DNA from: Flavobacteriales bacterium
GTDB lineage: Bacteria; Bacteroidota; Bacteroidia; Flavobacteriales_D; Parvicellaceae
Length of the DNA stretch: 49,353 bases
NCBI GenBank assembly: GCA_029244805.1
Contig: JAQWQH010000101.1
Span: 1-49,353, forward strand
Reading direction: 5' to 3'
Made by a program: the position numbers and the translations under genes. Below the pieces are notes generated by a model. The model saw only the letters and a program-made list of their open reading frames with translations, did no database searches and had not been told where the DNA came from. Shown piece after piece: positions 9,535-18,812 of the stretch (positions within the stretch are counted from its first letter, which is position 1; the number at the start of each line of letters is the position of its first letter).

Positions 9535-11721
9535 TTATTTTGTAAAAAGCAACTCTCTTAATTTCGGTAAACGCCAGTATTCATCGTCAATAATCATCTC
9601 TAATTTATCTGCATGATATCTAATTTGATCGAAAAAAGGCTTGACTTTATCACAATATGCAACAGCCTTTTGTTCAGATAATTCAATGCTATTTGCTTTT
9701 TTTCTTTCCTCTACCATTTTATCAACGCTGTCTTTAATAACGCTCAGATGATCTGAAATTTCGGTAATTAAATTAACCTGAACTTTCGATGCTTTTTTAC
9801 TATCGCTGCCTAGGACATCTTGAAGGCCTGAAACATTTCTAATCAATTCATTCTGGTACTTTATTGCCGAGGGAATAACATGCGTTTGACAAATATCCCC
9901 TAAGATTCGAGCCTCAATCTGTATTTTCATTATGTAATTCTCCAAATCCACTTCATGCCTTGCTTCAATTTCTCTTTTCGTTAATATATTTAACTCATCA
10001 AAAAGAGCAACATAACCTTTACTTTTCATCACTGCCAGAGCTCTAGGGGTATCCATAAAATTAGATAACCCTCTTTTTTGAGCCTCCTTAACCCATTCCT
10101 CCCCATATCCATTGCCTTCAAAACGTATAGACTTTGACTCTGTAATAAGTTTCTGAAGCTCCTTTAAAATAGCCTCATCCTTTTTATCGCCTTTGCCTAT
10201 TCTTTCGTCAACATCTTTCTTAAAATCAATTAATTGTTTTGCTACAATAGCATTTATAGCTACCATAGCTGCTGAACAATTTGCTGTAGAACCAACAGCT
10301 CTAAACTCAAATTTATTTCCTGTAAAAGCAAAAGGAGAAGTTCTGTTTCGATCCGTATTGTCTAATAAGATTTGTGGAATTTTACCTATGCTTAATTTTA
10401 ATTCTGTTTTATCTTCTGGGGTCATTTTCCCAGCCTTGATAGATTTCTCCAGATTATCCAACATCTGAGTCAATTGTGAACCAATAAAGACAGAAATAAT
10501 AGCTGGAGGAGCCTCATTAGCTCCCAACCTATGATCATTAGATGCAGAAGCAATACTAGCTCTTAAAATATCAGCATTGGCATGAATCGCTTTAATTGTG
10601 TTTACAAAAAATGTCAAAAACTGCAAGTTTGATTTTGGATTCTTACCGGGCGACAAAAGGTTTACACCTGTATTTGTACTCAAGGACCAATTATTATGCT
10701 TTCCGGAGCCATTTAGACCTGCAAATGGCTTTTCATGAAGCAAAACTCTTAAATTATGTTTGCGAGCTATCTTTTCCATCAAATCCATCAACAATAAATT
10801 ATGATCCACAGCTAAATCAGCCTCTTCATACATAGGAGCGCACTCGAATTGATTAGGTGCAACTTCATTATGACGCGTAGTGACTGGTATGCCGAGTTTC
10901 AAAGCTTCAACTTCATATTCCTGAATAAACATTAAAGCCCTATCTGGAATTGATCCAAAATAATGATCGTCTAATTGCTGCCCTTTTGCTGGAGCATGGC
11001 CAATCAACGCTCTTCCTGACATCATTATATCCGGTCGTGCATTATACAATGCGCTATCTACTAAAAAATATTCTTGCTCCCATCCTAAACTTGCTTTAAC
11101 TTTCGTAACGCTCTTATCAAAATATTGGCAAACCGCAGTTGCAGCTTCATCGACGGAGTGCAGCGCCTTCAGCAATGGCATTTTATGATCCAAAGATTCT
11201 CCTGTATAAGCAATAAAAACCGTTGGAATACATAATGTGGTACCCATAACGAATGCCGGAGACGTAGGATCCCAAGCTGTATAACCCCTAGCCTCGAAAG
11301 TATTTCGTATACCTCCATTCGGAAAAGAAGAAGCATCCGGTTCTTGCTGTACCAATAATTGTCCTTCAAATTGTTCAATTGCCTTACCTCCTTCAATTGG
11401 AGTAAAAAACGAATCATGTTTTTCAGCAGTTGTACCTGTCAATGGCTGAAACCAGTGTGTATAATGCGTAACACCTTTGGTAATTGCCCAATCCTTCATC
11501 GCGGTTGCTACTTGATCGGCTACTGATCGATCAATTCGCATCCCAGTCTCCATGGCATTCTTCACACTTTTAAATGCCTTATCGGTTAAACATTCCCTCA
11601 TTGTAGAAATATTAAACACATTTTCACCATAATACTGAGAAACTCTTGAATCAGGAAGTGCTATTTCCCTTGGCTTTCTTTCTGACAAAATATCGAGTGC
11701 TTTAAATCTTTGATTGGACAT
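9535..11721 (-). CDS. glnN: glutamine synthetase type III
   Basis: 728 aa, which is the GS-III size class. N-terminal YYGENVFN region, a central GS catalytic-domain pattern (NEVAPNQFE, NGSGKHNNWS) and a long helical C-terminal extension. Confidence 0.9.
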   Translation of the reverse strand: MSNQRFKALDILSERKPREIALPDSRVSQYYGENVFNISTMRECLTDKAFKSVKNAMETGMRIDRSVADQVATAMKDWAITKGVTHYTHWFQPLTGTTAEKHDSFFTPIEGGKAIEQFEGQLLVQQEPDASSFPNGGIRNTFEARGYTAWDPTSPAFVMGTTLCIPTVFIAYTGESLDHKMPLLKALHSVDEAATAVCQYFDKSVTKVKASLGWEQEYFLVDSALYNARPDIMMSGRALIGHAPAKGQQLDDHYFGSIPDRALMFIQEYEVEALKLGIPVTTRHNEVAPNQFECAPMYEEADLAVDHNLLLMDLMEKIARKHNLRVLLHEKPFAGLNGSGKHNNWSLSTNTGVNLLSPGKNPKSNLQFLTFFVNTIKAIHANADILRASIASASNDHRLGANEAPPAIISVFIGSQLTQMLDNLEKSIKAGKMTPEDKTELKLSIGKIPQILLDNTDRNRTSPFAFTGNKFEFRAVGSTANCSAAMVAINAIVAKQLIDFKKDVDERIGKGDKKDEAILKELQKLITESKSIRFEGNGYGEEWVKEAQKRGLSNFMDTPRALAVMKSKGYVALFDELNILTKREIEARHEVDLENYIMKIQIEARILGDICQTHVIPSAIKYQNELIRNVSGLQDVLGSDSKKASKVQVNLITEISDHLSVIKDSVDKMVEERKKANSIELSEQKAVAYCDKVKPFFDQIRYHADKLEMIIDDEYWRLPKLRELLFTK

Positions 11722-11890
11722 TTCTAAAAAAATTTTAATTAAACATTACGCGAAAATACCCCAAAAAAACCCCAACTATGTGATTTTTTTAATTTTATTT
11801 ATCAACACCCTTAAAATTTAGGGGGTAACGCACTAAAAAATGGATTTATCCGAAAACATTACAGAAAAAATAAGGGGTCTACGCAAAAAC

Positions 11891-12835
11891 CTACATATTA
11901 GCTGACACAATTATCGAAATATACACGAGATAACTTATCAACAACACAGCTCCCTTCAATCTACCGAATTTTGCACCAAAATAAAGCATCGGCAGCAAAG
12001 CAACAGCAATTCCAGCGACCCAATACATATCAAAATTCAAAAACTGCCTGACGCCTGCTTCACTCAGTTCAATCGGACTCACGATACTTGTCAAACCAAT
12101 CACTGCCATGATATTAAAAATATTAGAACCTAACAATGTTCCAATTGAAATATCCGATTGCTTTCTATATGCAGCGACACAAGAAACAACAAGCTCCGGT
12201 GCCGATGTTCCGAAAGCGACAACAGTCACACCGACAACACCTTTTGGCACGTCTAAATAATCTGCTGTTCCTACAGCGCCTTCAACAAACCATCCTGAAC
12301 CAAAGTACAACCCAATTAATCCCAATATTAAATAACCGAAAGTAAGTAAAGTGGATTCATTGCCCACATGCTCATCTATTTTTAACTTAGAATCTTTTCT
12401 AGATTTTCTTATTCGCCAAGTAACAAAAATTACCAGAGAAGAAAACAACACCAGACCTTCCCAGCATTCAATAACCCCATCAAACAAAAAAACATAGAAA
12501 AACAATGTAGATAATAGCATCATTGGCCAATCAATTAACTTTGTTTGCCTCTCCACAATTATTGGAAAGATTAAAACAGTAACTCCCAAGACTAATGCTA
12601 GGTTGGCGATATTGGAACCAATCACATTTCCAACTGCTATTTCAGGACTCCCTTCAGTGGCTGCCTGCAAACTCACCAACAACTCTGGTGCAGAAGTTCC
12701 AAATGACACAACTGTCATTCCGATAACCAAAGGAGAAATTTCTAAATTTGTTGCAATTCCAACAGCTCCTTTTACTAAAAATTCACCGCCTGCAACTAAA
12801 ACTGAAAGACCTAATATGAGTAATAAAAATTCCAA
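11891..12835 (-). CDS. calcium/sodium (CaCA family, YrbG-like) antiporter
   Basis: Two internal alpha-repeats, each with FGTSAPEL and GS(N)I(A/F)N blocks, and about 10 TM segments. It starts at a TTG 3 nt after the tatA stop, with no nearby in-frame ATG. Confidence 0.85.
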   Translation of the reverse strand: MEFLLLILGLSVLVAGGEFLVKGAVGIATNLEISPLVIGMTVVSFGTSAPELLVSLQAATEGSPEIAVGNVIGSNIANLALVLGVTVLIFPIIVERQTKLIDWPMMLLSTLFFYVFLFDGVIECWEGLVLFSSLVIFVTWRIRKSRKDSKLKIDEHVGNESTLLTFGYLILGLIGLYFGSGWFVEGAVGTADYLDVPKGVVGVTVVAFGTSAPELVVSCVAAYRKQSDISIGTLLGSNIFNIMAVIGLTSIVSPIELSEAGVRQFLNFDMYWVAGIAVALLPMLYFGAKFGRLKGAVLLISYLVYISIIVSANM

Positions 12836-12838
12836 TTA

Positions 12839-13081
12839 TTATTTATTTTCGATTGAGTCTTTGATTTCGCTCTCAAAACTCTTAATCTCTTTAACTGAAT
12901 CTTTAGCAGAATCACCAATCTCTCGCTGAATATCCTGTGTTGCATCTTTAAATCGGCGCACAGTTCGCCCCATAGTTCTCGCAATTTTCGGAATACTTTC
13001 TGACCCAAAAAACATCAAAACTATCAGTAAAACAATGATAATTTCGCCTCCGCTAATACTATTTAAAAATAACAATGACAT
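12839..13081 (-). CDS. tatA: twin-arginine translocase subunit TatA/E
   Basis: 80 aa. One N-terminal TM (GGEIIIVLLIVLMFFG), then an amphipathic helix (IPKIARTMGRTVRRFKDA) and an acidic tail. Confidence 0.85.
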   Translation of the reverse strand: MSLLFLNSISGGEIIIVLLIVLMFFGSESIPKIARTMGRTVRRFKDATQDIQREIGDSAKDSVKEIKSFESEIKDSIENK

Positions 13082-13100
13082 TAGAATTTCAAAAATACAA

Positions 13101-13136
13101 AAAAAGCCCCTCCAGAATCTGAAAAGGCTTTTTTAA
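13101..13136 (-). terminator. weak candidate terminator after secDF
   Basis: aaaaagcc...ggcttttt inverted repeat (8 bp, mostly A:T) with a 17-nt loop, 20 nt past the secDF stop. Predicted stability is low. Confidence 0.3.
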
Positions 13137-13155
13137 ATTATTTTAATACGTACCC

Positions 13156-16100
13156 CTACTTCTTATCTGTATTAACAGGCATTATTGATTTTGTTAAATC
13201 AACAACCGAAGGTGACGCAATACACAAAGACGAATATGTACCAACTACAACACCAATCATTAATGCAAATGAGAAACCTTTAATTGACTCTCCCCCAAAT
13301 AAGAATATAATTAACAACACTAAGAATGTACTTAAAGAAGTATTTATAGTTCTACTCAAAGTACTATTCAGTGCATTATTAACAACTGTTTTCGCATCAT
13401 CCCTTTTATGAATCCCAATGTATTCACGAATCCTATCAAACACGACAACTGTATCATTAATTGAATACCCAACAACAGTTAATATTGCAGCAATAAAAGC
13501 TTGGTCTATTTCCATAGAAAAAGGCACAATACCATATAACATAGAGAACAACCCAAGAACAACCAGAACATCATGAAACATTGCTAATAATGCTCCTAAT
13601 CCCCACTGCCATCTTTTGAAACGGAACGCGATATATAAAAATATTGCTATTAATGAGAATATAATCGCTCTTACTGAACTTGTAATTAATTCACTTGAAA
13701 TTTGTGCATCAACACTACGTTGATTGGTAATCTCAAATGTTTTCCCTGTTGCTCCTTCTATTTCACCTTGTTCAAATTCAAATTGATTAAATGCCAAAGT
13801 AAGAACAGAATCTACTCGCCTTGTCGAATTTTGGCTCTTATCCTCGTACAAGTATTTGGTAGTGATCTCATAACTGGTAGTTTTATTATTTACCGTCTTC
13901 ACTAAAGGTGAAACCTCAATTCCCTCCGCGTTAATTGAATAAGATGCAATTGCACCCCTTAAATCTTCCTGACCTTGTCCCGGCATTTCAGTAAATTCAA
14001 CTCTGTAAGTTCTACCACCTGTAAACTCAACACCACCATCTAGCCCTCGCGAAACTAAAGAAACGATACCTCCAATAATAACCATGGCAGAAATTACGTA
14101 GAAAAATTTCCTTTTCTTTATAAAACCAATTGATGTATCAGTGAATAAATTAGCAGTCAATTTGTTTGAAAATGAAACATTCCACTTCTTATCAAGCATG
14201 AAAGTAAAAATCAACCTTGTAACAAATATGGAAGAGAATAAGGAAGTGAAAACCCCTATAATTAATATTGTTGCAAACCCTTGGATTGGCCCAGAACCAA
14301 AATAAGCAAGCACAATTGCAGTAATCAATGATGTAATATTAGCATCTAATATTGCTGAATAAGCATGTTTGTAACCGTCAGCAACAGCTAACTTAATTCC
14401 TTTACCAGCCCTTAACTCTTCACGTATTCTTTCATAAATAAGCACATTAGCATCAACAGACATACCTATTGTAAGGACTAAACCAGCAATCCCTGGAAGC
14501 GTTAAAGCCGCGCCCATGGAAGCTAATGTACCTAAAATAAAAAATATATTTGCAATAAGAGCAACTGAAGCAACAATACCAGCTTTACTATAATAGAAGG
14601 CCATGTAAAGCAACACCATTATCAACGCAATAACGAACGACCACATTCCCGAATTAATATTTTCAGCTCCTAACGAAGGCCCAACTATTGCCTCATCAAC
14701 AATCAATGCTGGCGCTGGTAATGATCCTGCTTTCAAAATATTTGCTAAATCTTGAGCTTCCTCTATTGTAAAGTTCCCACTAATGATAGTACTTCCATTT
14801 GGAATAGCTTCATTAATATATGGATAAGAAAAAACTTGATTATCCAATATGATTGCAATTGCGCTTCCTACTTTAGCTGTTGTCCAATCTTTCCAAACTC
14901 CAGCACCATAAGACTTCATTTGAACCGTAACCGACGGCTTATTCTCTTGGTTATAATCTTGGAATGCGTCTTTTATATCCTCGCCAGTAATTGCATAATC
15001 ACCATCTGTTTGAACAGCAATTAATGAATATGCCATAACGTCACCACCTTGACTTTCCTCTTCACTTGTCCAAAGAAATGAAACATTTGAAGGCACTAGA
15101 CTAGCCATGACAGGATCGTTTAACATAACTGTAACCGCAGCAGTATCAAGCCCTTTCGCATAACCCAATTTAGGACCAATATTTTGCTGTGTAAAAGTAA
15201 ACTTACTGAATAAAGGGCCCGTCTTAGCAACTAAGTCTAAACTATCTGAATCAGCTTTTTCGTCAGCAAGTTGCTGAGCTTCGATTAACTGATTATTTGC
15301 ATTTATTTTACTCAATGAATCATAAACCACTTTATCATTACCCGTTAATAAATCAGCAATACTGTCTGTTAAAACCTCATATCCGACCGGAAGTTCGGCT
15401 ATATCTCCCAAAGAATCTTCAACAACATCCGATGCAGCTAACTTCTTCAATGAATTATTTAATTTAATGAACTCCCCTCTAAGATTTTTATGATAAGCAT
15501 TTAAAAACTGCAGACTTGCCGTTGATTGCAATAAATTTCTTACCCGATTTATATCCTTAGCTCCCGCTAGTTCAATATGCAAACGACCAGATAAGGGTTG
15601 CTTTTGAATATTTGGTTGACTTACCCCAAACTTGTTAATTCTTGCCTCAATAATTCTTTGGGTCTTGTCAATTGCTTCTTTCGATAATGCAATTAATTTT
15701 TCTTTAATCTCCAAATTGGTCATATCTGCAGGAAAGTAAGCCTGATTAGCTACGTTGAAATACCTGATTGTTTCACCCTTCCATTGACTATTGTCATATG
15801 CTAAGAAAAATAGCTCAACAAAATCCGCGCTTACTCCCTTACCATAATTAGTCATTGCCTCCTTAAATGGCTCTTTAAAAGATGCTTTTGGCGAATTTCC
15901 TGCAAGATTTTTCAACAACTCTGGAATAGAAACTTCCAAAGTAACACTCATTCCTCCTTGTAAATCTAAACCAAGACCCAACTCCTGATCCTTACATTTC
16001 TGGTAAGAAATTCCAAAAAACGGATATATCTCATCACCACTATGGTCCGAAATATACTTTCCTTCATAATAATTCAGTACATCCTCCTTTCCTCCATCTA

Positions 16101-16287
16101 CATAAACTGTATCAACTCCCAGAGCAACTTCAGTGTCTCCACTTAATTGCACTATATCCCATTGACTCTTTGCCTCAACTAAGGCCTCATTCTCAACTCC
16201 TTTTGTGAAAAATGTAAATGATAGTTGATAAACACAAGCTATAACTAGTAACAGTGTAAATACCCCAATCGCGCTTTTATTTCGCAT
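13156..16287 (-). CDS. secDF: fused protein translocase subunits SecD-SecF
   Basis: 1043 aa. It has a large periplasmic domain and two six-TM RND-like bundles carrying SecD/SecF blocks (LDLQGGM, GPSLGAENI, GIAGLVLTIGMSVDANVLIYERIREE, GYSINDTVVVFDRIRE). Confidence 0.95.
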   Translation of the reverse strand: MRNKSAIGVFTLLLVIACVYQLSFTFFTKGVENEALVEAKSQWDIVQLSGDTEVALGVDTVYVDGGKEDVLNYYEGKYISDHSGDEIYPFFGISYQKCKDQELGLGLDLQGGMSVTLEVSIPELLKNLAGNSPKASFKEPFKEAMTNYGKGVSADFVELFFLAYDNSQWKGETIRYFNVANQAYFPADMTNLEIKEKLIALSKEAIDKTQRIIEARINKFGVSQPNIQKQPLSGRLHIELAGAKDINRVRNLLQSTASLQFLNAYHKNLRGEFIKLNNSLKKLAASDVVEDSLGDIAELPVGYEVLTDSIADLLTGNDKVVYDSLSKINANNQLIEAQQLADEKADSDSLDLVAKTGPLFSKFTFTQQNIGPKLGYAKGLDTAAVTVMLNDPVMASLVPSNVSFLWTSEEESQGGDVMAYSLIAVQTDGDYAITGEDIKDAFQDYNQENKPSVTVQMKSYGAGVWKDWTTAKVGSAIAIILDNQVFSYPYINEAIPNGSTIISGNFTIEEAQDLANILKAGSLPAPALIVDEAIVGPSLGAENINSGMWSFVIALIMVLLYMAFYYSKAGIVASVALIANIFFILGTLASMGAALTLPGIAGLVLTIGMSVDANVLIYERIREELRAGKGIKLAVADGYKHAYSAILDANITSLITAIVLAYFGSGPIQGFATILIIGVFTSLFSSIFVTRLIFTFMLDKKWNVSFSNKLTANLFTDTSIGFIKKRKFFYVISAMVIIGGIVSLVSRGLDGGVEFTGGRTYRVEFTEMPGQGQEDLRGAIASYSINAEGIEVSPLVKTVNNKTTSYEITTKYLYEDKSQNSTRRVDSVLTLAFNQFEFEQGEIEGATGKTFEITNQRSVDAQISSELITSSVRAIIFSLIAIFLYIAFRFKRWQWGLGALLAMFHDVLVVLGLFSMLYGIVPFSMEIDQAFIAAILTVVGYSINDTVVVFDRIREYIGIHKRDDAKTVVNNALNSTLSRTINTSLSTFLVLLIIFLFGGESIKGFSFALMIGVVVGTYSSLCIASPSVVDLTKSIMPVNTDKK

Positions 16288-16329
16288 TTTTTATATTATT
16301 TAATTAAGTCCCATTAAAATTTAGGGCTG

Positions 16330-16337
16330 CAAATATA
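16330..16337 (-). promoter_or_regulatory. candidate -7 box (TATATTTG on the - strand) upstream of secDF
   Basis: The + strand reads caaatata, 43 nt from the secDF ATG (16287). A TTG (+ strand caa, 16358-16360) lies 20 nt further upstream, consistent with the -33/-7 architecture. Confidence 0.5.
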
Positions 16338-16585
16338 TAATTTCATAATATGATTAGCAACATTATTTCACTTTCATATGATTTATGTGTTATATATTTT
16401 TCTCTAAACCAGTCCAAATACACGTATATTAATGATTAGCAAATCGTTAAGAGTAAGTTAGATTTGCCTTATCACCTCTTTTTACCTTTAAATCTTAAAG
16501 CATACCTCAGATAAACCTGTATTATGAAAGGCAATAATTCATCACTCAACTTACAACCTATTTATATGATTAACAGAATTTAACC

Positions 16586-16593
16586 TATCTTTG
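16586..16593 (+). promoter_or_regulatory. candidate -7 box (TATCTTTG) upstream of the small lipoprotein gene
   Basis: Exact TAnnTTTG match, 34 nt upstream of the GTG start at 16627. Confidence 0.45.
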
Positions 16594-16626
16594 TCTGTAT
16601 TGTTTGTACTTAATTAAAATTGTACC

Positions 16627-17010
16627 GTGAAATCTACTTTACTCATCTTAACCATCTTTATTTTTACCGCAGTTGTTTCTGGCTGCAGAAAACACACCGC
16701 AGGAACTGGAGGAAAAGCGCAAATTACTGTAAAAATAATAAACGGTAACGTAAATATTCCAAATGCAGATGTTCACGTTATGTACAATGCAACATCCTTT
16801 CCGGGAACAACGGCAGTCTATGGAAACACAGTTGCAGCTGACAATACAGGGGATGCTGTATTTGAGGACCTAAAAAGAGGTAATTATTATTTCTACTGTT
16901 CTTTTCTTGCGGACAGCATTCTAAAAGAAGCGGGCGCATCCGTCAACATAGCCAGTAAGTTTGGCGAACAGCACATTGTTATTGATTTTAACGAAGAGGA
17001 TCCATTTTAA
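16627..17010 (+). CDS. small lipoprotein with a carboxypeptidase-regulatory-like (Ig/prealbumin-like) fold
   Basis: GTG start. Signal peptide ending in VVSGC (lipobox-like). The beta-rich body (ITVKIINGN...DNTGDAVFEDLKRGNYYFYC) resembles CarboxypepD_reg-type domains. Confidence 0.55.
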   Translation: MKSTLLILTIFIFTAVVSGCRKHTAGTGGKAQITVKIINGNVNIPNADVHVMYNATSFPGTTAVYGNTVAADNTGDAVFEDLKRGNYYFYCSFLADSILKEAGASVNIASKFGEQHIVIDFNEEDPF

Positions 17011-17036
17011 CAATAACATAATTTATTCTGACCAAT

Positions 17037-17072
17037 AAAAAAGGGGTTGACATAATTGTTAACCCCTTTTTT
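17037..17072. terminator. bidirectional rho-independent terminator shared by the convergent lipoprotein gene and mdh
   Basis: aaaaaaggggtt / aacccctttttt (12-bp stem) with a 12-nt loop. A and T tracts lie on either side, between stops at 17010 (+) and 17094 (-). Confidence 0.8.
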
Positions 17073-17093
17073 ATTCATTAATCGTTTTACTTT

Positions 17094-18026
17094 TTAAGCA
17101 TTCACCTCTAAAAGACCATTTGTCTTTCTGACACCTTCAGCACTTTCCATTAATTTTGCTTTTTCAGAATCATTCAACTCTATTTCAACGATCTCCTCAA
17201 TACCATTAGCTCCTAATACACAAGGAACACCAATTGAGATATCGTTTAACCCAAATTCTCCTTCTAATAAAGCAGAACAAGGAAACATTTTTTTCTGATC
17301 ACAACCAATTGCTTGAACCATAGCAGATACCGCAGCTCCAGGAGCATACCACGCACTTGTACCTAGCAAACCTGTCAATGTAGCACCTCCCACTTTTGTA
17401 TCTTCAACTACTTGCGTCATTCTTTCCTCAGATAAGAACTCAGAAACAGGAACACTGTTCCTAACAGCTTTTTCAATCAAAGGCAACATTCCTTTGTCGC
17501 TATGTCCACCTATCACCATTCCGTTAACATCAGAAGCTGGGCAACCCAATGCCTCACTTAACCTATATTTGAAGCGCGCGCTATCTAAAGCTCCACCCAT
17601 TCCAATTATTCTATTCTTAGGTAAATTAGTAGATTTATGCACTAAGTATGCCATAGTATCCATTGGATTACTTACAACAATAATAATTACATTGGGAGAA
17701 TGTTCTATTAAACTGGAGGATACAGACCTAACAATACCTGCGTTGATACCTATTAGCTCTTCTCTAGTCATACCTGGTTTTCTAGGGATACCACTCGTTA
17801 TAACCGCAACATCACTACCTGCAGTTTTTGAATAGTCACTCGTACTTCCACTAATTTTTGTATCAAATCCATTTAAGGAGGCTGTTTGCATGAGATCCAT
17901 TGCCTTACCTTCTGCATAACCTTCTTTAATATCGACCAATACTACCTCGGATGCAAAATCTTTAATTGCAATATATTCAGCACAACTTGCGCCAACTGCT
18001 CCTGCTCCTACAACTGTTACTTTCAT
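17094..18026 (-). CDS. mdh: malate dehydrogenase (LDH-like family)
   Basis: The ORF-track start at 18074 is a TTG that overlaps a promoter-like box. The ATG at 18026 gives MKVTVVGAGAVGAS (Rossmann) and about 310 aa. Catalytic region GGHSD. Confidence 0.9.
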   Translation of the reverse strand: MKVTVVGAGAVGASCAEYIAIKDFASEVVLVDIKEGYAEGKAMDLMQTASLNGFDTKISGSTSDYSKTAGSDVAVITSGIPRKPGMTREELIGINAGIVRSVSSSLIEHSPNVIIIVVSNPMDTMAYLVHKSTNLPKNRIIGMGGALDSARFKYRLSEALGCPASDVNGMVIGGHSDKGMLPLIEKAVRNSVPVSEFLSEERMTQVVEDTKVGGATLTGLLGTSAWYAPGAAVSAMVQAIGCDQKKMFPCSALLEGEFGLNDISIGVPCVLGANGIEEIVEIELNDSEKAKLMESAEGVRKTNGLLEVNA

Positions 18027-18071
18027 ATTTAATCTATTTTGTTTTTTTAGTTCACCACCTATATTCGGCTT

Positions 18072-18079
18072 CAAAACTA
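18072..18079 (-). promoter_or_regulatory. candidate -7 box (TAGTTTTG on the - strand) upstream of mdh
   Basis: The + strand reads caaaacta, 46 nt from the ATG at 18026. Confidence 0.5.
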
Positions 18080-18207
18080 ATAAAAGTAAACCGGTTTAAC
18101 CATTGTTTTTCTGGTTTTCTATATTATTATTGTGTATCCCATTTTTTATTCAGCAAACAATTATTTAACATTTTCATAGCCAAATAAAAAAACTAATATG
18201 CCAAATG

Positions 18208-18232
18208 GCAACCATGCATTAACAAAATCGTC
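18208..18232 (+). promoter_or_regulatory. candidate ECF-type promoter (GCAAC-N16-CGTC) upstream of the ECF sigma gene
   Basis: gGCAACcatgcattaacaaaatCGTCataag. An AAC-containing -35 and a CGT-containing -10 with a 16-nt spacer are ECF hallmarks. The motif ends 16 nt before the ATG at 18249. The same bipartite motif recurs at 20528-20552. Confidence 0.4.
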
Positions 18233-18248
18233 ATAAGTAAGAATTAAG

Positions 18249-18812
18249 ATGAAACTAGAGCAGAGAGAGCTGGAAAGAATTGTAGATGGTTGTAAAGCCA
18301 AACGCAGATCTTCCCAACAAAAGATATATGAATTGCTTTACAGTAAAATGCTCCCTGTCTGTTGCAGATACGCGCGCAGCACAGACGAAGCAAAAGACAT
18401 GTTGCAGGATGGTTTCATCAAGGTCTTTGAAAAAATTGAACAATACAATACCGGGGGATCCTTCGAAGGTTGGGTAAGACGAATTATCGTGAACACAGCT
18501 ATTGATGGATATCGTAAAAACAAAAAAGAAGTTTTTATTGACGATGAATCTCGAATAAAGGATGAAAAAGATTGGGAAGATATTGAAAATGAATCTGAAT
18601 ATTCAGAACTTTCAATAAATGATATTGTCGAAGCTATGCAAAACTTATCTCCAGGCTATCAAACAGTGTTCAATTTATATGTTATGGAAGGTTATACTCA
18701 CCAAGAGATAGCTGACGAATTAGAAATTAATATCGGAACTTCTAAATCCAACTTAGCAAAAGCAAAGGCAAACATGAAGATAATGCTTACTGAGAAATTA
18801 AATAGATTATGA
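18249..18812 (+). CDS. RNA polymerase ECF-type sigma-70 family factor
   Basis: 187 aa. Region 2 (DEAKDMLQDGFIKVFEKIEQY...WVRRIIVNTAIDGYRK) and region 4 HTH (GYTHQEIADELEINIGTSKSNLAKAK). Confidence 0.9.
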   Translation: MKLEQRELERIVDGCKAKRRSSQQKIYELLYSKMLPVCCRYARSTDEAKDMLQDGFIKVFEKIEQYNTGGSFEGWVRRIIVNTAIDGYRKNKKEVFIDDESRIKDEKDWEDIENESEYSELSINDIVEAMQNLSPGYQTVFNLYVMEGYTHQEIADELEINIGTSKSNLAKAKANMKIMLTEKLNRL

